A stretch of DNA of 62,614 bases, counting the filler, from Candidatus Babelota bacterium (GTDB taxonomy: Bacteria; JAGOBX01), in NCBI GenBank assembly GCA_017999075.1. It is 5 parts of 5 records of this genome, joined end to end, with 100 filler letters (N's around TTAATTAATTAA, not from the genome) between each part and the next. Parts side by side here need not be neighbours in the genome. Positions count along the whole stretch, not along the records: positions 1 to 14,866 come from JAGOBX010000032.1; positions 14,967 to 29,762 come from JAGOBX010000033.1; 3 more parts are not named here. One strand, written 5' to 3'. Of this stretch, positions 8,854-18,608 are shown one piece after another. The notes beneath the pieces are model-generated. The model did no database searches and had not been told where the DNA came from. It saw nothing but the letters and a program-made list of their open reading frames with translations. Positions within the stretch are counted from its first letter, which is position 1. Each line of letters starts with the position of its first letter. The position numbers and the translations under genes are program-made.

Positions 8854-8881
8854 ATTATAACAAAAAAAAAAATGTTGTCAA
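8854..8881 (-). promoter_or_regulatory. Consensus sigma70 promoter upstream of tRNA-Arg
   Basis: Minus strand TTGACA-N16-TATAAT with extended -10 (TGtTATAAT). Confidence 0.75.
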
Positions 8882-10465
8882 TCAAATTTTTTTTGTTTTT
8901 TTGGAAAATCTTTTTGGTTCAATATTAAATTTTTTTACCCGTAATCCTATTATACGTTCTGTTATGCCGAGTATCTGCGCAGCTTTAGACATATTTCCGT
9001 TTGTTGACTTTAAAGAATCAAGAATCAGTTCTTTTTCAACCCGTTCAAGACGTTCTTCAAGTGTTCCTGTAAAAGTTGTGCCGCTTTCTTCCGCTGTTTG
9101 TAATGTAGGAGGAAGATGATGACTGTGCAGAACATCGTCAGAACTAAGTAAAACAGCGCGTTCTATGCAGTTTTCTAGTTCGCGTATATTGCCTGGCCAA
9201 TGATACGACATAAGCATATCTATTGCAGGAGTGGAAATTCTTCTTATATTTTTATTGTTTATTTTATTGTATTTTTCAATGAAAAAATCAGCAAGAAGAG
9301 GAATATCCGTTTTTCTTTCGCGAAGCGGCGGGAGATGTATTGGAAAAACATTTAGTCTGTAATATAAATCTTCTCTGAATTTTTCTTCACTCATGAATTT
9401 TTCAAGGTTTCTGTTGGTGGCTGCAATTATTCTGGCATTTATTTTTATTGTTGCCGCACCCCCAACCCTTTCAAATTCTTTTTCCTGCAAAACACGAAGC
9501 AGTTTTACCTGCAGGTTAGGAGACAGGTCTCCTATTTCATCAAGAAAAATTGTCCCGTTATCAGCTAATTCAAATCTGCCTTTCCGCTGAGATAAAGCTC
9601 CTGTAAATGCGCCTTTTTCGTGACCGAACAGTTCACTTTCTATAATTGATTCTGGCAGAGCCGAGCAGTTTATTTTTACAAAAGGACCGGTGGCGCGTAA
9701 ACTGCTGAAGTGTATTGCGTTTGCAACAAGTTCTTTTCCTGTTCCGCTTTCTCCTCGTATTAAAACCGTTGAATTGCTTTTTGCAACATGATATATTAGT
9801 TGATATATCTTATGCATTGAATTCGAGTTTCCTATAATGTTAGTTGGAGTTGTTAGATTCTTAAGTTCTTCCTGCAGACGTATATTTTCTTCTATCAATT
9901 GATTATTTTTTTCCTGAAATGTCTGACGCAGTTTAACTGCCTGCGCTATCATAGTAGCTATTATTGAAAGGAGTCTGACATCTTCGTCTAAGGATACAGT
10001 GTCAGCGAATAGCCTGTCCACGCTTAAAGCCCCTATAGTTTCGGTTCCTGTTTTTATAGGCACGCATATGAAAGATATATCTTTTTTTTTGAGATCTGTC
10101 CTTGCGCCGGTTTTGTTTAAAAATAGAGGATTCTTAGAAATTAGAGGTATTACCGCGGAACATCCTGATTGAACGACTTTACCTGTAATCCCTTCTCCAA
10201 GTTTGTATTTTCCGCGTTCCTGCTGATTTTTTGACAATCCGAAAGCAGTTTCAATATTTAATTCACCTGTTTTTCTGTTTAATATTGTAAGAGTTCCTCG
10301 CGTCATTCCTCTGACTTCTGCGAGTTTTTTTAAAATATTATATAATGCTGTTTTCAGATCTGCAGTCAAATCAAGAATTTGGTTTATATCAAAAAGCAGA
10401 GATAATTCTGAAACGGTTTTTTTTACTGATATAGTTTCAATTTTTTCGGATTCAGATGTTTTCAT
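8882..10465 (-). CDS. Sigma54-dependent activator, NifA-like architecture (GAF-AAA+-HTH)
   Basis: N-terminal GAF ('GEGITGKV', 'SFICVPIK'), 'RGESGTGKE', 'ESELFGHEKGAFTGA', 'FLDEIGD', 'WPGNIRELEN', Fis-type HTH 'GNMSKAAQILGI'. Confidence 0.92.
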   Translation of the reverse strand: MKTSESEKIETISVKKTVSELSLLFDINQILDLTADLKTALYNILKKLAEVRGMTRGTLTILNRKTGELNIETAFGLSKNQQERGKYKLGEGITGKVVQSGCSAVIPLISKNPLFLNKTGARTDLKKKDISFICVPIKTGTETIGALSVDRLFADTVSLDEDVRLLSIIATMIAQAVKLRQTFQEKNNQLIEENIRLQEELKNLTTPTNIIGNSNSMHKIYQLIYHVAKSNSTVLIRGESGTGKELVANAIHFSSLRATGPFVKINCSALPESIIESELFGHEKGAFTGALSQRKGRFELADNGTIFLDEIGDLSPNLQVKLLRVLQEKEFERVGGAATIKINARIIAATNRNLEKFMSEEKFREDLYYRLNVFPIHLPPLRERKTDIPLLADFFIEKYNKINNKNIRRISTPAIDMLMSYHWPGNIRELENCIERAVLLSSDDVLHSHHLPPTLQTAEESGTTFTGTLEERLERVEKELILDSLKSTNGNMSKAAQILGITERIIGLRVKKFNIEPKRFSKKTKKI

Positions 10466-10536
10466 TGAATTTATGTGTTTCCTTTGTTTAATTTAAAATA
10501 AAAAATTGAGATATAAAATTTTATGAAATTGAAATT

Positions 10537-11829
10537 TTATAGCCTTAAGGAATTATTTCTTATTTCGTAAGGATTATAAATGTTATAACCTGCCGGAATA
10601 TAGGAATAAGATTCATAATTTGTTGAAGGAAGTGAAAATAAATCTATAGGGGTTCTTAAATATTCGCTTAATTCTTTATTTAATATTTTGGTTAATCCTT
10701 GATGCCCTGAAACTGTGTTTTCAAGGTAAGACAGATTTGTGTCAATAGATAGCTCAAGTTTTTTTTCATCAATGGAAAAAGTTTTTTTCTTGAAATCAAT
10801 AGATACGCCAATTTCCTGCAAAGCTCCTGAAATAGGTTTTAAATTATTGAATATGCTGTCAATGGTATTTTTAGAATGAGTATCTCCTGATGATTTAAGC
10901 TCTTCAATAAAAGTAGAAGTGTTTTTTAAATATGAAGAAATTATATATCCGATATATTTTGTGTTTTTGCTTAAGTTTATGTTTTGGGTATCTGAATCCT
11001 GTGATTTCAGCTTTATAAGTATGTTGTATTCTTCGCTAATTATTTCGTTTGAAGGAGATTTGATTTCAGAATTATTTAATGTTATTACAGCATCACGGCC
11101 GATTTGAATTATGTTTTCATCTGCATTAGGCATAAATAAAGACTGTAATTCGCCGATTACGTCTGAAATAACAAAATTGTAATCTTCCCCCGTTTCATCT
11201 GCTGATATGACAAGATGCTTGTTTGATGAATTGAAATTGTCGGAATTTACCGCAGCAGTTAAACCAATGTCGCTTGAATTTATAGAAGAAGCTATTTTGT
11301 TTAGAATTGACGAATATTGTTCGTTATTTGAAACATTTACAGAAATAAGATTGTTGCTTTCAGCTGTCCTGACATTAAAAACATAGGTTCCGTTTTGAAT
11401 CCCTGAATTGGATGATGCAGCAACACTGGTACCTTTTACAATATGATTTTGCGCTGTTTGATTAATCTGGAGCGTGAATCCTCCTTTTGATAAAGGAGAT
11501 GTGATTATTTCTGCAGAACTGTTTCCGTTTGAAATTAATGAATTATAAATAAAATATGCGGATTCAGGAGAAGATAATAAACTTCCAGTTTCAATAAGAT
11601 TGACTGCGCGTTCATAATTTTCATCTGAAACAAGGTTGCTTCTGACATAATTTACATTGAAAGATTTTAAAATAGAAGGAGAAATAAAAGGATTAGCATT
11701 TGGATTTATTGAAAGTCTGACGGAATTTTTAAAAGATTCATTTTTTTCAGGTTCTGTTACAGGACTGTATAATTCGTATGATTTGGTAATTTGGTTTACT
11801 GAATTTAATAATTGAAGTCTTGCATCCAT
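10537..11829 (-). CDS. FliD-like (flagellar cap-related) protein, atypical and orphan
   Basis: 'ILNKIASSINSSDIGLTAAV...HLVISADETG..NFVISD' and 'GRDAVITLNNSEIKSPSN' resemble FliD middle/C-terminal regions. Start moved to ATG 11829 (AAGGAAG upstream). Confidence 0.55.
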   Translation of the reverse strand: MDARLQLLNSVNQITKSYELYSPVTEPEKNESFKNSVRLSINPNANPFISPSILKSFNVNYVRSNLVSDENYERAVNLIETGSLLSSPESAYFIYNSLISNGNSSAEIITSPLSKGGFTLQINQTAQNHIVKGTSVAASSNSGIQNGTYVFNVRTAESNNLISVNVSNNEQYSSILNKIASSINSSDIGLTAAVNSDNFNSSNKHLVISADETGEDYNFVISDVIGELQSLFMPNADENIIQIGRDAVITLNNSEIKSPSNEIISEEYNILIKLKSQDSDTQNINLSKNTKYIGYIISSYLKNTSTFIEELKSSGDTHSKNTIDSIFNNLKPISGALQEIGVSIDFKKKTFSIDEKKLELSIDTNLSYLENTVSGHQGLTKILNKELSEYLRTPIDLFSLPSTNYESYSYIPAGYNIYNPYEIRNNSLRL

Positions 11830-11916
11830 ATCAGAATTCTTCCTTGATTTATAAATAATTCCGAATATATTTAATTTAAATATATTCAAAAATTAAATTA
11901 TTTCCTTATTTATTAT

Positions 11917-11945
11917 AATATACACGATAATAATTGCTGTGTCAA
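11917..11945 (-). promoter_or_regulatory. Putative sigma70 promoter for the FliD-like gene
   Basis: Minus strand TTGACA-N17-TATATT. Confidence 0.55.
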
Positions 11946-11992
11946 GATATTTTTATTTGATTTTTTTGAATTATATTATAAATTATTCAACA

Positions 11993-13471
11993 ATGATATT
12001 ATTAAATTATGCTTTTGAAACGAGTTTAAAAAAAATTAAGTTTAAAAATCAGAATATCTGTAATGTAAAACTTATCGGGAATCATTTATGCCATAAAAAT
12101 CAAATTATTGAGGATGAAAAAAAGTTTTACGGATTTATACTGAAAATACGGATATTCAATAAAACTGAAAAATTTGTATATTTAGTTTTAAACGAACCGC
12201 TCTCCACTTTTTTAGTAAATAATACTGAATTTTTTGCAACTGATTTGAATCTAAAAAATGTTATAGTTAAATTTGGGAATATGGTTATTTCCGAACTGCA
12301 GAAAATATTGAACGTTCAGTTGAAATTGCAGGATATCAGAATTAAAATTACAAATTGCTCCGAAGGGTCGGCTAAAATTAATAATAAATTTTATTACATT
12401 GAATCTGAACATCAGATTAATTCAATATATTCAGGCAAATTAACGATGTTCTATAAAATTGAAGACTCAGATTTCTTAAAATCAAATTTTTTTATAAATA
12501 TTATTCCTGCTGATTGTAAAATAGATTTTCCATCTTTGTTTAATGCTTCAAAAAGCGATATACAGATGATGCTGAATATTTTTTTAAGAAATGGTGCGAG
12601 AATAACAAATCTTGCTGAAATTGCATATTGTTACCCTCAATTGAAAACTAAAATTTTTTCTAATATATCAAAGAATAATAAAAACGTGTTGATTAGATTA
12701 TTAGAAAAATTTGAAAAAGAAGAAGAACCGGAATTGAAAATTAATGTAAATGTTCTTTCTTCGTCTTTAAATGAAAATATAATGCCTGTTATTGCTTCAA
12801 TAATTGAATCTAATAACCTGCAGATTAATTCTTATTTGAAAATTAAAAATTTAAATGATATTTTTGAGTATTATTTGCTTAAACAAAAGTTTTATGATAA
12901 GCCTTTTGAATACTGGCTTGAAATAATTTTTAAATCAGAAAATAAATCTGTTTATGAATCTGAATTGTTGAAAAAACAATATATCATAGGCCTTTGCGAT
13001 ATAGACGAACTTCTTATAAGAACTTTATTTTCAAATCTTTCAGAAAAATCATTTGAAAATTTAATTGAAGATTTGAAATATTTAAAAAAAATTAATTCTG
13101 AACTTGATGTTTTGAAAAGTAAAAATAAAATTGTTTCATTGATAACAGAATATGAAATAACCGATGAAATGTTTGAAAAAACGCGATTGAAAGTTATTGA
13201 ATATTTTCAGGATACAAAAGACGGATTGTCAGTTCAGTTTATAACAAGACAGCTTAATCAGCAGGATTTATTTATTGCCTTGAAATATTTGAACAATAAA
13301 TCTGTTGAACAAAAATTTTTGGATAATTTCAGCAAAAATACAAGAAATGATTATTTGGCATATAATCCAGTGTCTATTTCAAAATATAAAGCGTATTCTT
13401 CTATTAAAAATATTATGAATAAATATATTGATTTATTTGAAAATTCAAAACTTAAAATTGAGAAGATTTAA
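11993..13471 (+). CDS. Protein with three FliG C-terminal-like repeats and a possible CheC/CheX-like N-terminus
   Basis: Repeats 'KIFSNISKN', 'LFSNLSEKSFENLIEDLKYL...DVLKSKNKIV', 'SVQFITRQLNQQDLFIALK...KFLDNFSKN'. ATG 11993 preferred over GTG 11939. Confidence 0.55.
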   Translation: MILLNYAFETSLKKIKFKNQNICNVKLIGNHLCHKNQIIEDEKKFYGFILKIRIFNKTEKFVYLVLNEPLSTFLVNNTEFFATDLNLKNVIVKFGNMVISELQKILNVQLKLQDIRIKITNCSEGSAKINNKFYYIESEHQINSIYSGKLTMFYKIEDSDFLKSNFFINIIPADCKIDFPSLFNASKSDIQMMLNIFLRNGARITNLAEIAYCYPQLKTKIFSNISKNNKNVLIRLLEKFEKEEEPELKINVNVLSSSLNENIMPVIASIIESNNLQINSYLKIKNLNDIFEYYLLKQKFYDKPFEYWLEIIFKSENKSVYESELLKKQYIIGLCDIDELLIRTLFSNLSEKSFENLIEDLKYLKKINSELDVLKSKNKIVSLITEYEITDEMFEKTRLKVIEYFQDTKDGLSVQFITRQLNQQDLFIALKYLNNKSVEQKFLDNFSKNTRNDYLAYNPVSISKYKAYSSIKNIMNKYIDLFENSKLKIEKI

Positions 13472-13528
13472 ATTGTATTTATCTCAAAAATTGTAAAATA
13501 TTTAAATTGCCGATTGGAAACATCCTGA

Positions 13529-14167
13529 TTATTCGGTTCCGAATAACCTGTCTCCGGCATCTCCGAGTCCGGGAATTATATATCCTTTTTTATTAAGTCT
13601 TTTATCTACATAAGATGTGTATACATCTATGTCAGGATGACGTTTGTTGAATATTTCAAAACCTTCAGGACATGAGATAAGACATACGAATTTTATGTTT
13701 TTGCCGCCGCGTTCTTTAATTATGTCCGCGCTTTTAGCTGCGCTGTTTCCTGTAGCAAGCATAGGATCAATAATTAACGTGAGTGCTTTGGAAAGATTGG
13801 ATGGAAGTTTGCAAAAATATTCTACAGGCTGCAATGTCTTATGATCGCGGTATAACCCTATATGACCGACACGAGCAGTCGGTATTAGATTCAATATACC
13901 TTCAGCCATAACAAGGCCTGCTCTCAATATAGGAACTATCACTATCGGCTGCGTCAGTTTGTAACCGACAGAGTTTGCAAGAGGAGTCTGTATCATTCCT
14001 GTGGTTACTTCAACATTTCTAGTGATTTCATAAACCATGAGAGCTGAAAGTTCTTTTAACAATTCACGGAACGATTTGTTGTCTGTAGTTTTTTTTCGCA
14101 TGATTGTTAATTTCTGAAGTATCAGAGGGTGTTTAACAACATTAAATTTTAAATGGTTTACAGTCAT
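13529..14167 (-). CDS. upp: Uracil phosphoribosyltransferase
   Basis: 'VPILRAGL', 'IDPMLATGNS', 'GYIIPGLGDAGDRLFGT'. Confidence 0.97.
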   Translation of the reverse strand: MTVNHLKFNVVKHPLILQKLTIMRKKTTDNKSFRELLKELSALMVYEITRNVEVTTGMIQTPLANSVGYKLTQPIVIVPILRAGLVMAEGILNLIPTARVGHIGLYRDHKTLQPVEYFCKLPSNLSKALTLIIDPMLATGNSAAKSADIIKERGGKNIKFVCLISCPEGFEIFNKRHPDIDVYTSYVDKRLNKKGYIIPGLGDAGDRLFGTE

Positions 14168-14694
14168 TTTTTAAAAACTCCTATATAAGGTAAATTACGG
14201 TATTTTTGGTTGAAATCCATTCCATAACCGATTATAAATTCGTTTTCTATTGTTATCCCTGTATAATCAGGTTTTATGTCAATTACCCTTCGGGCAGGTT
14301 TGTCAAGAAAAACGGCTATTTTTAAACTGCGAGGTTCGTATTTTTTTATTTCGTCAATTGTTTTTTCAAATGTTATTCCTGTATCAAGTATATCATCGAC
14401 AAGAAGAACATCACGGTTTTTTAAGTTGCTTACAGGTTTTTTTAGAAGTTTTACTGAACCGGTTGATTGTGTTTCTTCATAACTTTTTACCCATATGAAA
14501 TCAAGTTCTAAAGGCAGATCAATATGTCTTATTAAATCGCATGTGAATAAAATAGATCCTCTTAGAACGCTTATCACAACCATATCTTTTCCTTTAAAAT
14601 CTTTTGTTATTTTCATTCCAAGTTTTTTTATTTTAGACTGAATTTGTTCTTCAGTAAACATTATTCTTTTTATATTTTTTTTTGCGAATTTCAT
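14164..14694 (-). CDS. hpt: Hypoxanthine phosphoribosyltransferase
   Basis: 'VLLVDDILDTGIT', 'FIIGYGMDFNQKYRNLPYI'; RBS GAGGAGG; 4-nt overlap with upp. Confidence 0.95.
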   Translation of the reverse strand: MKFAKKNIKRIMFTEEQIQSKIKKLGMKITKDFKGKDMVVISVLRGSILFTCDLIRHIDLPLELDFIWVKSYEETQSTGSVKLLKKPVSNLKNRDVLLVDDILDTGITFEKTIDEIKKYEPRSLKIAVFLDKPARRVIDIKPDYTGITIENEFIIGYGMDFNQKYRNLPYIGVFKK

Positions 14695-14866
14695 GAATGT
14701 TCCCTCCTCGTTAAATTTATATAAAAATTAAATCGAAAGATGGAGAATTTATTTTATTAGCCTTATACTTTAAATATACGCTCATTTATTATTTTTGTCA
14801 ATAATTTTAAAAAAAAAATATATTGACATATTTTTATAATTATGTAAAATTCAGTCAATTATGATT

Positions 14867-14966
14867 NNNNNNNNNNNNNNNNNNNNNNNNNNNNNNNNNN
14901 NNNNNNNNNNTTAATTAATTAANNNNNNNNNNNNNNNNNNNNNNNNNNNNNNNNNNNNNNNNNNNN
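14867..14966. other. Artificial contig spacer
   Basis: N44-TTAATTAATTAA-N44 (stops in all six frames). Confidence 0.98.
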
Positions 14967-14967
14967 A

Positions 14968-17900
14968 TACGACGATGTTCTTAAAATATCTTCAATCATA
15001 AAATTAACAGATGACCAAAAATATTTTAATATAAAATTTTTCGAAGCTTCTTCTTATTTTCATTTGAAAAAACACCAAAAAAGCATTACAGAATTAAAAT
15101 TGCTCCTTACAATAAAATCTATTCAGGAAAGTTTAAAAATTAAAATATTTAAACTTCTTGGTGACAATTATTTCGAACTCGGCGATTACAAAACTGCCGA
15201 AAATCAATATTTAGAAATAGCTGATGTCGAAAGTAAAGATTTACACCGAGATGAAATATACGCTAAAATAGGATTGTGTTATATAAAACAAAACAAAATT
15301 GAACTTGTAGAAGCATTGATAAAAGTTATCTATGAAAAATACATTGATTCGTATAACCTTAATTATATGCTGTTTTCATATTCTAAAACTACTCCTGATA
15401 AAATAAAAAAAGAATATTATTTAAATGAAATAGTTAAAAACAGCAAATCAGAAGAACTAATAAATAATTCATTGTATCAGCTTGCTCTTATCAATTTTGA
15501 AAACAAACAATATCATACAGGAATATCTAATTTAAAAAAAATAAATTCTAAAGAACTGGAACACGAAAAAAATTATTTGATAGCAGCCCATTATTTTTAT
15601 TTAGATGAATACAGAAAATCAATTGATTTTTTAAATAAAACAAAACCTGAATTTGTTGAACCCGATAAATATTATAAACTAATGTTATTGAATTACTATA
15701 ACTTAAAACAATATTCTAATTCTTTACAGTATGCAGGATTGTTATCCGATAAAGAAAAACAGGTTAAAACTTTTTACACCGCAGTTTCAGAATATTATCT
15801 TGGAGATTTTAAAAATTCAAATAAACTTTTTGAAACCTATATAAATAATTATCCTGGTTCAGACAATTTTTTCGAAGCTTTATATTTTTATGGAATTTCT
15901 TTGTATAAACTCGGGGATTACAGCAAATCAAAATTAACATTCCTGCAGCTTGAAAATAAAAAATCAGAATCAAAAATAGGATATAAGAAATATCTCGCAT
16001 ATTTATATCTGATAGAAAACAATATCGATAAAACTTTGCGTACAATAAACGAATATGAAAATGAAATGAAAAAAAGTCTCAACGAAATCGATATTGCCGA
16101 AATCAATTTTATTAAAGGCCAATCTTATTATGAATTAAAAAATTATTCAAAATCAATAGAATACTTAAATAAAATCAGTGTTAACCATGCTCAATCAGCG
16201 GGATTCATTAAAGAATATCATCTTTTGAAAGCAAACTGTTATCAGGCGCTTTTTAATTATTCCGAAGCAAACAGCAATTATTTCAGTTTTACAAAATTAT
16301 CAAATGAGGTTAATTTGCTTACTGATATAAACTTAAAAATACTGATGAATATGTCAAAACTAATGCACTATAAAGACGTTATATCTCACGCTGATATGAT
16401 ATCTGAAAAATATAAATTATCACAGGAAGATGAAATTTTAAGAATTCTGCAAAAAGCAAAAGCATATTTTCAAATGCAGAATTATGACGAAACAATAAAT
16501 TTTTTAAATGCCAACAATATCCCTGAAAATAATTATAATATAGAAAAAATGTTTATAATAGCAGGCGCATATTTCAATAAAAAAGACTATAAAAATTCCA
16601 ACAAATATTATCTGGAACTTCTTGATAAATACTCTGACAACAAATATTCCGGAGATATCAAAATGGCTGTAGCCACTAATTACAAACTGCTCGGAGATAT
16701 GGATAATTTTGAAAAATTTAAAATAAATATTGTCAATTCAGCAAGCGATGAAAATTCTATTAACGAATCAATGTTTGAATTGGCCGCCTATTATTATTCT
16801 GTTCAAAAATTTGATTCTTCCGTATATTACCTCAACAGAATAATAAATATTTCGAATGACAGAATAATACTTGAAAAGTCTTACAGGCAGTTAGCAAATG
16901 TCTTTTTCAAACAAAAAGAATATGCTAAATCAATTGAAATAGCTAATCTTTATCTGAAAATATACCACGAATCAAAAGATATTGATAAAAACGAGGTAAA
17001 CCTTATTCTGGCTGACAATTATTTTTCATCAGGAGAATTCACCAAATCAATAGAAATTTACAACAGACTTCCGAAAAACGATTATACCCTGTATCAAAAA
17101 TGTCTTTCATATTTCAATATGAATAATTATGACAATTCTATAAAACTTGCTTCAGAATTTACTGCATCATTTCCAAATTCCAGATACATTTATGACGCGA
17201 AATTCATTGCAGCATACAGTTATTACAAACTGAATCAAATGCCTGCTTCAATAAAAATTTTAAATGACATCTATGAAAAAATTTCAAATGAAAGCAACAA
17301 AATAATCGCGCTTCAGATTTTAATCGAGTTTTATATGTCAGTAAAAGATCACCAGAATGCTATTAAATGGCTCACAATACAATCTGAAAATCCAAAATTA
17401 TCAACCCCGGCAGCCGATTATAATTTAAGCGAAGTTTATTATTCAGCAGGAGATTACTCAAATGCAGTAAAACACATTATGAAAATAATAAACAGTTCTG
17501 ATTTTGAATCTGTAAAACAAAAGAATTACAGAAAACTTGTTGATTGCTATATAAAACTTAAAAATTATAATATGGCGTTATCAACTATAGAATTATACGA
17601 TTCCAAATCAGACGGAAATTTTATTATTTTAAAATCAGAACTTTTAAGCAAATCAGGAAATGATACTGAAATGATAAAAATCTGCATTGACTATATTGCA
17701 AAATTAAATGTAATAGAACAAGAAATTGATATAAAAATCATAAATATTGCGCTTGACAAATATAAAAACATTGACAAAAAATCTTATTTTGATTTTTATA
17801 AAAACTTAACGGAATCAAAAACTTTTAAAGATAAAAATGTCCTGGCGAATTTTATTGCGGATTTAGCGGATTCATTTTATAATGAAAACGATTTTAATAA

Positions 17901-18102
17901 TGCGCTGGTATATTATTGGAAAATAATTTTATCTGTTGAAGCAAGAGATTTTTTCGAATATACTTATTTTAAAATCATTAATTGTTATTTGAAAATCAAC
18001 GACATTGCAAAAGCAAAATATCAATATAACAATTTTAAAACAGGATTTCCTAAAAGTAAATATCTATATGAACTTAATAAAAACGGAGTGTTGACAAAAT
18101 GA
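14968..18102 (+). CDS. Large TPR-repeat protein, 5'-truncated by the contig edge
   Basis: Frame is open from the contig edge (YDDVLKISS...). Many TPR-like units, e.g. 'LGDNYFELGDYKTAENQY', 'YPGSDNFFEALYFYGISLYKLGDY', 'FPNSRYIYDAKF'. Confidence 0.85.
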   Translation, partial: YDDVLKISSIIKLTDDQKYFNIKFFEASSYFHLKKHQKSITELKLLLTIKSIQESLKIKIFKLLGDNYFELGDYKTAENQYLEIADVESKDLHRDEIYAKIGLCYIKQNKIELVEALIKVIYEKYIDSYNLNYMLFSYSKTTPDKIKKEYYLNEIVKNSKSEELINNSLYQLALINFENKQYHTGISNLKKINSKELEHEKNYLIAAHYFYLDEYRKSIDFLNKTKPEFVEPDKYYKLMLLNYYNLKQYSNSLQYAGLLSDKEKQVKTFYTAVSEYYLGDFKNSNKLFETYINNYPGSDNFFEALYFYGISLYKLGDYSKSKLTFLQLENKKSESKIGYKKYLAYLYLIENNIDKTLRTINEYENEMKKSLNEIDIAEINFIKGQSYYELKNYSKSIEYLNKISVNHAQSAGFIKEYHLLKANCYQALFNYSEANSNYFSFTKLSNEVNLLTDINLKILMNMSKLMHYKDVISHADMISEKYKLSQEDEILRILQKAKAYFQMQNYDETINFLNANNIPENNYNIEKMFIIAGAYFNKKDYKNSNKYYLELLDKYSDNKYSGDIKMAVATNYKLLGDMDNFEKFKINIVNSASDENSINESMFELAAYYYSVQKFDSSVYYLNRIINISNDRIILEKSYRQLANVFFKQKEYAKSIEIANLYLKIYHESKDIDKNEVNLILADNYFSSGEFTKSIEIYNRLPKNDYTLYQKCLSYFNMNNYDNSIKLASEFTASFPNSRYIYDAKFIAAYSYYKLNQMPASIKILNDIYEKISNESNKIIALQILIEFYMSVKDHQNAIKWLTIQSENPKLSTPAADYNLSEVYYSAGDYSNAVKHIMKIINSSDFESVKQKNYRKLVDCYIKLKNYNMALSTIELYDSKSDGNFIILKSELLSKSGNDTEMIKICIDYIAKLNVIEQEIDIKIINIALDKYKNIDKKSYFDFYKNLTESKTFKDKNVLANFIADLADSFYNENDFNNALVYYWKIILSVEARDFFEYTYFKIINCYLKINDIAKAKYQYNNFKTGFPKSKYLYELNKNGVLTK

Positions 18103-18518
18103 ATATAAAATCAATTTTATTTTCTTTAATTATCATAATCGTATTATTTAAAATAACTGCTGCCGCAGAAAGCAGTTATTCAGGAGTTATATACTCTACT
18201 GATATAGATAAACCTGATACAAAAACCCAATTGATAGATTTACGCGATAAAAGTATGGATTTTAAAACCGAACAAAACGGTTTGAAACTTCAAAAAACAA
18301 AATCAGACGATTTATCGGTTGAAACAAAAGAAACGCCTGTGAAATCCGAGTTATCCGGCAGTAATCAAGTTATAAAAAACGATGCTGACATTCAGATAAA
18401 TGATAAAATAGAAAAATCAAAATCTACAGTGGAATTCAAACCGGAAAAGAAAAAAAAATCAAAACTGATATGGTATATTCTCGGAGGCATAGCTGTCATT
18501 GCAGCTATTTCAGCTTGA
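18099..18518 (+). CDS. Hypothetical exported protein with C-terminal basic-hydrophobic tail
   Basis: N-terminal signal peptide; ends 'KKKKSKLIWYILGGIAVIAAISA'; 4-nt overlap with the TPR gene. Confidence 0.65.
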   Translation: MNIKSILFSLIIIIVLFKITAAAESSYSGVIYSTDIDKPDTKTQLIDLRDKSMDFKTEQNGLKLQKTKSDDLSVETKETPVKSELSGSNQVIKNDADIQINDKIEKSKSTVEFKPEKKKKSKLIWYILGGIAVIAAISA

Positions 18519-18608
18519 AATATATTTTATTTTTCAGGTTCCGGAGTGTTATTTATAAAAATATAATTATATAAATTTTAAACCTAAATTATATTATAAA
18601 AAAACATT

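Noticed and set aside
14695-14866. Purine riboswitch or PyrR site upstream of hpt-upp
   Set aside because: The region is AT-rich with only promoter-like hexamers and an RBS; no recognisable aptamer core or terminator.
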